Shown: one piece after another, positions 47,691 to 59,038 of the stretch | Layout of the letters: every line of letters starts with the position of its first letter | Numbering within the stretch: the first letter of the stretch is position 1 | Source: Oikopleura dioica | Taxonomy: Eukaryota; Animalia; Chordata | Direction: 5' to 3' | Length of the DNA: 64,000 nt | Assembly (NCBI GenBank): GCA_907165135.1 | Contig: OU015566.1 | Span: 1,798,001 to 1,862,000 of the forward strand | Made by a program: the position numbers and the translations under genes | The notes under the pieces: model-generated | Told to the model about the DNA's origin: nothing | Database searches by the model: none | Seen by the model: only the letters and a program-made list of their open reading frames with translations

Positions 47691-50600
47691 ATTATCTTGT
47701 CCTTCATAATTATGTAAATTTCGCCCGTTTTTTTATCTCCCCTCCCGGCGCGGCATTTTCTTAGAGCCAGATGTCATAACTGCGCGTTTTCCCTTATCAA
47801 AGAACATAAAGATTTCCCAATTGTATAAATATATATCTTTTGCGATAATAGCATGTTTGGTTACATATAATTTTCGCGCGCGCTCGCTGACCGCTTTCAA
47901 ACTCCGCGCCAAAAAGAGAGGGACTCGCGACACCTTTTTGTTATCGCGGCCACGAGTGATAGGAGCCACGCGAAAAAACCGCTAAGTTTGGTAAACAACT
48001 CAAAATAGCGCAAATCACGAAAAAAACGCAAATGTGTTAATTTTTATCTGAACGAAAATGTCACGACAGAGTGGCCGGGTCTTAGGGTTGATATAACAAA
48101 ACATGGTGATAAGGTCAAGGCGAATCAATTCTTATCAGAAAAAAAAGTGGTTGAAATTTTGACCCCCATTTTGACTCGATTCGTGATTTTTACTCATCTA
48201 TGATTTTCTGTTTTTTTTTTGTGATTTTCTTACCTTTTTCAAAAGACACGAAAAAACTGGATAAGCGTGGCGCTGGGCGTAGTACAGCTCTCTTACTACT
48301 GTGTACACTTGACTGAGCGAGAACAAATTGAGCTTCGCCTCGGCTCTGACAAAGCCCTCGAACTTGAATATGATACATTACCAAAAAGCCGCGGCGGGGC
48401 CCTTTCTTTCTTTGCTTTCCCAAGTTCTCACAACGCTTCTTTGCGGCTCCACATATGATGAGAGGTATATCAGCAGTTTCTTGGAATTATGATGATTCAT
48501 AAAAAACAATCCTAGAATTTAAATAATTACGTTTATTTTAAATTATCTAAAGCAGTCAAGAATAAGTGTACATTCCACAAATCATTCGGGATACTCTTAG
48601 AAGACATGATTAACATTTTATTAAAAAAATTGCCAATTTTTTGGCCCTCAATTCTACCTAAATAGTCAGAACGTCGCGCCATCATCTTGCGAGTATGTCT
48701 TATCATAAGACGTATCTACTGTTACGCTTCAAGAATTTTTATCAAGATTTATCGGCGATAACTTATCGCAATTCTAAGCTCCCTTTTTTAAAGAAAAAAA
48801 AACAAGCAGCTTTTATGGTACTGAAAACTTGAATTTTCATTTTGAGATGATAGGTGCTCAAGGAGCTTAAAAATTTTCCTCCAAAAATTAAAAATCTGGT
48901 CATTATCCCCCAAAAAATCAATGAAGAGCACATTGTCCAGACGGACCGTGGCACGAAGTTTATCGAACGCTGTGTCCAGGTCGCAATCTGGCGCTCGAAA
49001 ATTTGGTTCCTCCGAAGACGCGGGTAATGCGATATTCAAATTAGAAATTTTCCGGATGAGGATGAAAATTTTCGGATTCGCGCCCGGCAGATTTATGAAG
49101 GAGACACTGGCGGAAGGGTGGAATTAATCAAGTTCTGTTTGTTCTTGGGAAGATTGACTTGGAATTTATTGATGAGTTCTGCTTGACGAAAAACGGCTTT
49201 TTCGACGAGAAAAAATATTTTGTTCAAATCAATCAAGGATCACATAATCCTCAAAATTACCCCTGTCAGGGCCTAAAAATATAAATTTCGTGAATATTCA
49301 TAATCAGCGCCAAAAAGTGATCGATCCTCGAGCGCGCGCGATTTCAAATTTGTGACGCGCGATTTGATCAAGAGCCCTCATTATCTCCTTCTTTTATGTT
49401 TTCCGCCTCATTATCTCTCCCGGGAAACGATTTGAATTCCGCACGGTACTGCTCTTCCTTGATTTCGATCGAGGATTTTACGACCCGGGAAAGCGTAGTC
49501 TGTGGTAACCCGCCCCGACAAATGAAAGATAAAGTAACAGTCATTCGTCGGGGTCGATCCAAAGATCTCAATCAAGGAAATAAGGGGAGAGCTGCGGTTG
49601 AAAGTGATGGAGATGAATTGATGATGCGTCTTTTTGGGAAATGGTTTCGAAAACTCCTCTCTCATTTTCTAGGAAAATCCGAACAATCCAATATTTTCTC
49701 CTTTTTCATTTTATGAAAAGATTTATGGTGTATTTTAACCGCCGAAAAGCGAAAACCAGTGTTTGAAAAATGGCGGCTACTCGGCTGAGTGAGCGTGCGC
49801 CAGTTTGCACGAATCAATTTTTTCGTGATTGGTGAGCGTGATTTCAGACGCGAAATTTGTCGAATTTTTGTCGGTTCCAGACACCTCCTCATTTTTATTT
49901 CAGAATAAATTGATAGAAGTTTCTTTTATTCGCCAATAAGCAAAAACAAGGCTTCGTTTTGGGTTGAAATTCAAAATAATTAATGACCCCCGTCAACAAT
50001 TTTAGAAAAATCTATTTTCGGAATTTCAAAATTTTGACCCCGGAAATGGATTCTACGGGTCAAAAACGATTTTGAAGCTGCATTTTTGGGCGGTCTATCT
50101 CGACTCTAATACCCTCAAAATCGCGTTTGAAAATCGGACATTTTGACAAAAAATGACGAAAAAGTCCCAATTTTGCTTCAATTTCAGATTATTGTTGGTC
50201 AAAAAGTGCTCCCAACGGTTTGGATTTTTGTGTACAGATTGTTTCGGTTAGGACCTTTTCAGATCTCTTTCAGGGAATTATCTGTTTTGTCTGAGGAAAA
50301 AAGATTCTCAAACAACCAATCGGTGGTGGGGGTCCATGTAGAGATTTTAAGGGAAACGGTAGATTGCTCATAACGATAAGATATCTATTTACCAATCTTC
50401 GATGGATGGCGCCCAACCTTTCAGAATTTCTGCTTATAAAAGCCTTGCAAAGTTTGTATCGAAGTGTTAAACTAATTTATCCAGTTTTTAGTATAAAAAT
50501 TTAAAATGATTCTTCATCAGTTGGAACAATTTAGCATGAGTAATAATCTTTTTATCATTTTTTTTTAAATAAACTACATGTTACATGTAACAACAAGCAC

Positions 50601-51248
50601 TTCTTTTTTTATTTGAAAAAGTTGAGTAAAAATGCGAAGAAATCGATACAAAAAAGCCATTTTTCTTCCGTCGATCAATTTTATTCGCGCAGGTTCGCTT
50701 TTGATCATCTGGTGCCGCCGCTGAAAATTCTGCGCAGCGCGTTGAAGCTCAAGCCTCCCGAGCTGTCACGTGCACGAGCTCCTTTCATCTGCGCCGCGCA
50801 ATATTCTTAAAATCTTTAATCTTTCTGCTACTTGAATCTGTTGCCTCGAGAATTCCCTTTGTTCCCGATTCGTTGTTGGAAGGATACAAAATTAATCTTT
50901 TTCGAGGGGCGTTTTCAAGTTCAAGGGCTGTTTATTTAGGAACCGGACATGCTTTCTTGCCAAAAATTCTTTTTGAAATTAATTAAAATAAATGTCAATA
51001 TTTATTTTGTACAGAAATAAACAAGCTGCAGTGTAATCGCGCATCATCTTTTTCGATAATTATTCTAAATTGTTGAATATCCGATTTGTCCTGTAATTAT
51101 TCTGATTGGGCGATTTTCGCTCCATCATCACTTCCAAGTTTTGCTTCATCAAAGGGTCAGATTGGTTACAGTCAGGCCTCCTGACTGTCATTCCTTATCT
51201 TTTCCGATTTTTCCCTTGATTTCAAGTCGAATGAAAGTTTTACCTATT

Positions 51249-53234
51249 CTATCTATCAACCCTTATTCGGCTTGTTTTCTGATAATCATTATTCAAACAA
51301 TCCGAGTCAGAATCTCCGGACCGCTTCGACAACCGGCGGACCAATCTCGGTCCGGCCGCGAACTTTGGCAGACTAGCGGCCAGATTGGAATGAAGATGAA
51401 AGGATCTAACTGACCCCAGCTTGATTTGAGCGCGTTTTCGGATTCTTTCGGTCACCAGGCTTATCAAACCAGAAACCCAAACAAGACCTGAAAAGAGTCT
51501 AAAAACTTGAAATCAAGGAAGACTTACCGAAAATAATCCATGTGAAGACGACAATTCTGTATGAAGTGTAAAGCATTTCAATTTTTGAAGGCCACATGCT
51601 CTAGAAAACGGCTCAAATCAAGGCAAAACTCGAGGAATTTTCGACTCACGGGAGCACAAAGCTCAGGAAGACCAGTTCGGTTGCTGATTTTGACCATCGT
51701 TACTGGCTCAATCATCGCCTGAATAGCTCTTTTTATCGATAAGAAGACCATAACAATTTATATTTATCATCAAAAATGTGCTCCTTTTGGCACAAAAAAA
51801 ATTTAAGAACATTAAAAGGAATGTGTTAAAAAGATAAAAAGATAATCGATTAGTCAGACTTTTAACCATAAAAATAATGTCAAATAAAAACCAATATGAT
51901 TTTGGGAGAGAAATTCTAGAGCTAAAAATGTCTTACCTGGAAGCAAACAGAATCATTTCGAACATTGTTCGCATATTTTTCCGGCGGCGCCACACTCGGA
52001 ATATAATCCCCAAAACCAACCGTGGTCAGCGTAATAATTGAAAAATAAACAGCATCGAGAATCGTCCATTGCTCGATTTTGATAAAAGCGACGCATGGAA
52101 GCACAAAAGTGAGGACGAAGCCGATCGAAATGTAGGAAAAAGAGACGATGGAAGAAATTCGCTCGTTTTTGCAGCAACCCTTGGCGGATTGGACGAAGCG
52201 TTCTAGTTTGCTGCGGCATTTTCGCAAGCAGTCGTTGATGATTTCGGAAATGACGGAGAGGAGGTAAGCTTTTCAAGGGACAGAAAAAAAAGAAAGAATG
52301 AAATTTATGAAAATTTTTTTCTTGAAAATATCAAAATTCGACCCTTCCCGAAATAAGGAACGCCAAAAGAAACAAAAACAATGCAGAAGAGTTTTCCATT
52401 ATCCGTCGCCGGAGAGGTGTTTCCATAACCAATCGTCGAAACCAACGTTCCAGCAAAGAAAAAAGCATTGTGATAGTCCCACCTTGAATTTCCCCCGTAA
52501 CAGTCGCTTTGGAGCGAGCTGAAATCGTTGATACTCGTTCTTGATATTTCTCCGAAAGTGTCCAGCAGCGCTTTTTGAGAGACGACCAATTCGTCGTCTT
52601 GACCCAGTTTTGATGCTCCGAGTTGAGTTGCTTCTGAATAAAAGAACATTAAATTATGCGTAGAAAATAGACTATTTTCCGAAAGAAACCCCATCTCATC
52701 AAAATGAAAAAGACACTTACGCTGCCAAACTCTGTGATATTGATTGACCACGGCTCTATCCGGCTTTTCACTGTTCATTTCTTCCATCATCGTATCCATG
52801 ACAATCGTTTTATAAGAACTCTACCGTCCGGATTTCAAGCTGATTCGATATTTTCCTCCTTGATTTCAAAAAGAAAATCCGTTCCTTTGAGCAATCTTCA
52901 TCAGTCCAGTCGGAAAACATCGTTACCAACTTTTCCGGCAATGTATCATCTGGCATCGATTTATAATCGAATAGAAATTTTTTGAGCCCAGAGCAAATGA
53001 GGGTATTGAGCCCAAGATTGACAAGCGTCTGCCGCACTTTCCAGACTTGACCATTTCTCGCTTCTCCAACAGCATGTTTGCATTTTGCGATCTGAAGGGA
53101 AAACTTAGGGCAATCTTCATGAAATATTTTACCTCAACAGGGAATTCTATTTTCTTAAAAACAGCTGCACCAATTCCAAGGTAAAGAATATACAGTAAAA
53201 GAAGCTTTCCACAGTAGATTGATTGTGCTTTCAA
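51249..53234 (-). CDS. Two-pore-domain potassium channel (K2P/KCNK family; true start upstream and uncertain)
   Basis: TM1 [21 protein letters not shown]1 [19 protein letters not shown]2 [26 protein letters not shown]4 [22 protein letters not shown]. Confidence 0.9.
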
Positions 53235-53710
53235 AGTTCGTTTTCTAAAGACAAAAATAAGATTAAAAACCGCTTATTTTCGCCAGTAAATCGAAAACTT
53301 ACTCATCTGAAATTCTCATATTATTATCCTTTTTGCGGAAATTTCTATTTCTCATCCCTTTTTTTCATCGTCTCTGTAAAAAAATCTCGTTTCTCGAAAA
53401 AGACTATTAGTCTCTTTCGCAAAACTGGTAATCCGGTATTGAGTTGCATTTTGTTTCCCAGCATACTCACAAATCAAAATCCATTTCACTAGTAATTATT
53501 CAGGTAGCATCTGTTCTCCAAAATAAGAGAAAGTGCAATGGCCAACAGTCGTAATATAATCAAGATCGATCGGTTGTAATGAACCTGTCCAAGTCGGGAA
53601 TTATAAAAAAAAAAGAAACGGATAAGGTAAAGGCGAACTTTTTTGTAGTCATCGAATTTTCATGCGAAAAATCTTTAAATTTTTTTTCTCAAAATTACTT
53701 TTTTAACTTT

Positions 53711-53934
53711 GGTTAGGGTTAAATAAAGGGTAAGGGTTTACCTTTTGAAAAATCGGGACGGTGTATGAAACCGACAAAAAAATTCGAAAAATTTTGCGTG
53801 GGCGTCTACTTGGCTGTTGATTAGCAGGTTTGCCTTATCTAGGCTTCTGATTGGTTGAAAATTTTCACGCAAAATTTGTCGAAAATTTTTGTCAGTTCCA
53901 GACACCTCCCGAAATATAACCCTAACCCTAACCC
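53711..53934. mobile_element. CCAAT-family MITE bracketed by inverted telomere-like repeats
   Basis: GGTTAGGGTT on the left, AACCCTAACCCTAACCC on the right, and a core homologous to 117-241. Confidence 0.55.
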
Positions 53935-56900
53935 AAAAACAGACAAATGAGCTGGAATAAGTCCCTTTTCCCCGTTCTCAAACACATGTTTCTTACATAT
54001 TCTCCGTCTCCCGATGAGTCTTATTGTGACAGGTACTTTCTGCAATACATTTCCTAGACGCATGAATTCTCGTTGCTGATTTTTTCCGGCCGAAAATATC
54101 AATTTGGTTGAGTAAATGTCTCATTTTTTCATCAATTTCTACTTCGAAAAATGACTAAAAAGAATTACCAAAAGGCCAATTTTTCAATATTCGATTAGAC
54201 CCTCGCTTTACATGGTTTTAAGTTAATGAGAAAATAACGATCTTGCCTTTAAACGCAGGTTGTATTGAATTATTAAGGCCCTATTTCATCTCCGAAAAAG
54301 TGACCTTTGCTTAAAAACCTTACGAAAAAAGACCATTATATCAGAAAAAATCAACAAGTTCAAGCGTTAATGATAAATGAGTGTACCCATTACAGAAGTT
54401 CAATATTTACTAATATCAAAATTTTGACTTGTATCCCATCAAAAATGAATGTCGTGTCGATTTTGATAAAGATATTTTAATATTTCGACTGAAGGCAAAA
54501 AGGCTGAAGCATAATTTGCTTCTGTTTGTTTTTTCTTGGGTTCAACTAATGAACTTGATTTTCTGGTTGTAAACAATGATCTAATGGACCCGAATTCACT
54601 GAGGTTGGGCAAGGCTAATGTCAATACTGGGGAAGACAGATTGTACTCGCTGGACCTTTGGGAGATAAACTCAATCCTTGATACTGTGTCAGACAAGTTA
54701 ATCGACTCAAAAGAGGCGTAGAAGAAAACTATTGAAAATATAGTCTATCGTCTCCGAAATCGGACAGTCTCACATATTGTCATGGAAAACATCATGAATA
54801 AGACTTTCAAACTTCGGTTAACTCAAAGTTTTTCAAACTACACTGAACAAACTAACTGCCTTAAAATAAGGCCCTTATTTTTCATTTCGGCAAAGATAAA
54901 TTTTTTTTTTTTGAATTTGATTCGAAAAATCTGGAAACGGAAAATTTCGCCATGCAAAAAGCATAATGGGGATTTCATCGTTGTTTTATTAAAATAACTA
55001 AGGGTGTCACTATGCTAACTTTTCGGTATAGGAAGAAGAAATCCCGACTAAGGATCCTTATAAGTTATAAGTTATAAGTTATAACTTATAACTTATAACC
55101 AGTTTTTCCTACCAGCAAATCAGATGAATTCTTTACCGTTTACAATAAATAGCCCGTCTGGCAGATAGATGACTATGATGCTGATGATGACCTTCTAGTT
55201 CTTCATCCCCTAGCTTAGTGAAGCTCTTTCTCTTCTTCGACTTCATCAAATGTGTCAACTTTTTTTTTGATGTGAAAGTGTGAGAGCAAGCTTCCAAGGG
55301 GTCTCTAACAAAATCAGCTGAAAAAAATAATGAGCACGCATCACCAGTAATGCATCGCACCGCGACAACAACTTTGACTGACGTTTGACTGATGCTCTTA
55401 CAGCGTTCACGCCCTTAGTGAGGTTCTCAAAAACGGTATCTGAGGATTCGGACGTATCTGATGCTCAAATACTCATCATAAAAACCGAGGGGAATTATAA
55501 ATCTTTTACCATATTTCTAATATGATATGAGCGTGAAAATGTTCCATCTTCCCTTGAATGATGATCGTGAAAATGACTGATTCAGCCATGCATATTACGT
55601 GGAAGAAAGAGTCCGACGTAAACAACATCTTTCTGGGACGAAAGTGCGTTTTCCCGTCTATTTTTCAGCCCCCAATCAAGACTTTCTCGACTACATTCTA
55701 GTCTCACATAATTCCGAAAGAAACCCAAAAATCTTATACAGTTTTTTTCCTCCTTTGTGGACCCCAAGTTTGTGGACATTTTCTTCATTTTAAGGGGTTT
55801 CCGTGGGACACTACTGCAAAGATATTGTTCCACTTTTGTGGACATTTTCCCTGATAAGAAAGTTTTAGAGGCAAAAATTGCATATTTTTTTCAAAAATCC
55901 AAGGTTATTTTCAAGAAATGAAGGACTAAAGCATTCAAATTTGTCGAAAAAAGATAAACATAAGCAAGAGAAAGGCGTTTCGAGGATGAAATTCGCCATT
56001 TTTCCGGATCAAAAAATGTCCACAAAAGAGGAAAATAACTGTATGTACCTGAAAATAGATTTTCCACTCATAAAGCTACCCTTCCTTATCGAAATTTTCG
56101 ACCATCCATTTGATGATCTCAGTGAAAAACTCCGTGCTTCTCTCATTTTTTTCAAAAGACTTATTTCTCAGACATAAAGTTGGGCAAAAAGAAAATTAAA
56201 TTTGAATTGGCCTAGGTTAAAGCCTTCGACAATAAAATGCAAAAAGAAGAAACTTTCGTGACGAAAGTCTTTGGTCTGAAATGGAAGTTAATTCTCAGTG
56301 AGCATACTTTTGATATTCAAAATGAACATCGTATTGAAATTCTGCCAATACCAAGGACCATTGATCCCTCTATTTAGCTTTACAACATAGGCTTTGTTAC
56401 ATAGCCTTCTTTACCTGAAAATTGACTTTCGTCGTCGATTTTTTCTTGATGATTTTTTTCTCAATGAAATTCGAAGCTCCATTTTACTCGAAAATTGATA
56501 AAAATTGCTGATCTATCTGGCAAAAAAGCGTCAAATTAATTTTTTGCGGTACTGTTTGGTTTCATTTCATTTTCTGGGTGACAGAAGAATAATACTGTAC
56601 GATGACATAATTGCATCTGACCAAAATCAGTGGTCAAAGTCAAAGATAACGGGCTTTAAATATTTAATTTTGGATACTATTATTTCTGAAGATTCGGAAA
56701 TCCTTATATCCGCTACTTAGATGCCTAATTCAAACGATAAAAATAAAAATTTCTTTAAAAGACTCACGCTTGTCCTTGAAAACGTTTTGGAGAAAATTTT
56801 TAAGGAAAATTTTTTTTAAATCAAGGAAGAAAAAATCTTCAAAACTCTTTTTCCTGAAGCAATGCTTTCTCTTTTAAAAGAAAACAGACTCGTTTGATCG

Positions 56901-57329
56901 GGAAAAATTTCTACCCCGAAATTCCCGAAAGAACTTATCGGCAAAAATCTGAACTGACTATCTCTTCTTTCAAGCATTTTCTACTTCAAAAATGGGGCAA
57001 AAGTGCAGCTGCTCATCACCGCAAAGGTACTAAAGCTTTGATTTCATTCCGACGCAAATCGGCGATGACAAATGTGATCCCTTTTTCTTATATTTAATGC
57101 AAATTCGGCTCATTTAATCAACCCTTTTTGTCATGTTTACTTCTGTTCAAAATGGCTTAATCAAAAGCAGCACTGAAAAATCGGACTTAACCAAATTATA
57201 GAAGTGCATTTTTGGATAACCAATAAGATTGCTGTATTTGGCCTACCGGCCAATCAAAACTCTGATCCATAAAATCACTTCAATTTCTGGTTCTGCCCGA
57301 AAAATTTGATCTTCATTTGACCGTTTTAA

Positions 57330-57394
57330 GGGTGTCAACAAAGATTTTTGGTTAGGGTTAGGGTTAGGGTTAGGGAAAGTCGTTGTTGACACCC
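57330..57394. mobile_element. 65-bp mini element with GGGTGTCAACA TIRs enclosing (TTAGGG)4
   Basis: 11-bp perfect inverted termini, TTAA on the left, telomeric tract at 57350-57375. Confidence 0.6.
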
Positions 57395-59038
57395 TAAATG
57401 GTCATAAAAGCTTGAAATGAATACCTTTTCTTTCTTGGAAGACCAGGAAGATAAGCAATGGCGTGATATTGATTGCAGTTGGTTTTCGGTAGGGGCACTA
57501 GAAAACTCTTCAATTTATAAAATATCATTTTAGTGACCTAATCTCTCTCCACATTGCAAATGCGCGACATTCCGATTCTCAACAAATTCTCCTTCTTTTT
57601 CTCTGTTTTTCTTTTTCATCCTTTTTCGGCTCAAAAGAGCATTTGATTTCTTCGAAAATAGAAAGTTGATTATTCTATTGAGGAGTGGAATCGTGTGCCG
57701 ATCGCGATTCTTATTCCAGCCGATAGTGTTAGCTAATCCATTCTATCTATACTAGCTCTGCCATTACATTATCAAATCGACATTCTGAAAACATAACGAA
57801 TTCATCGAAAGAGCAACTGCGTTTTTGCTTCACATCTTTGCTTGACAGATTTATTTTAGCAAAATTAATGCAGCAGTTAATGCGCTTACGTCTTATATTC
57901 TCTTTTTCTTCGAAAGAACACTGTAAACTTTACAGATAAAGATAAAATGATAAAATAATTTTTTTTTAATTAATTTTTTTTAAATAAAAACTCGATTCTA
58001 AAAATTAATTCTCAGAAAAATTAAAATGAATCTTGCTCTTTTTTTGAAAAAAATTTGAAAAAAAGAGATTTTCGAGACAATTTTTTCTGAAATTTGATTG
58101 GCTTGAATTGAAAGAATTTTATTGGTAATAAAATTGGTCCAAATCGTCGCAATTTTTTCGTCTATTTGACCAATCAGCACCCTATGAGAGCTATTTATTT
58201 TAAAAGTAAAGGAAATTAAGGGTATATCTACCTATATTTTGTGTCTATCAGAAAATAACTTTTTGGTCTACAAATTTTGTTAAGGTCTGTGAACTGCGAT
58301 CTTAGGCAGATTTTTTTCGTCGATGAACTCTTTCTCTTTCGATTCATTAGTCTTGATAAATGAGATTTGAAAAGTTCTGTCACGGATAATAAGAGCGGCA
58401 ATATTGAATATTGGAAAAGGTTACAAGTTGGACACGCCAAATCGTTTTGCTTCTGCATCGTTACTGTCGACTCGCATCGACGGGATTTATAAAAAGGCCA
58501 AGCATTATTAATGCTATTTGCGCGAGCTACCATTAAGACGATGCACTTTACTAGGCTTTTTCGGAGTTTAATCGAGATTTTTTGCGAATTGTAATTTAAT
58601 TTTCTATGGCAAAACTGGCCTCTGATCAATTATCATTTCTTAAATTGAGCGGAACATCGTCTTTTTTGGTGGATTTTTTATAACAAATCTTCATCGTTTA
58701 TTTATTTTCTCTAACCTTTTATGTTGCTGAATCGACAAATATTATATTGAGCTTAAAAGTGCAAAATTGTATTTGTCTATTTTCTCCATTCATAATCCCT
58801 TATTATCTCTTCGAACAAGTCGCCAATCTGTTCTGCGAAATCAGAAAATGCTTATTACACAAAACAAGCTAGTCCTCTTGGTTAATCCACTTTTTTGAGC
58901 TGGATTAATTTAGCCCATGAACCTTTCTTTTATTACTGTAGTTTTCCACAATTCAAAATCGATCAAGAAGAGCCATTTTTATCCAAAAAAGAAGCGATGA
59001 ATAAAGATTGTTCTTGTTTATTTAGCTTTTCGAAGATT

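Noticed and set aside
49368-49571. Helix-turn-helix transposase remnant (LPQTTLSRVVK)
   Set aside because: A single weak motif with no DDE region or TIRs. The 48650-50800 region probably holds an unresolved minus-strand gene that could not be modelled.
55058-55100. Palindromic TTATAAG/TTATAAC microsatellite
   Set aside because: A short slippage product with no supporting context.
57350-57375. True telomere or chromosome fusion site
   Set aside because: Only 4-5 units embedded in ordinary intronic or intergenic sequence.
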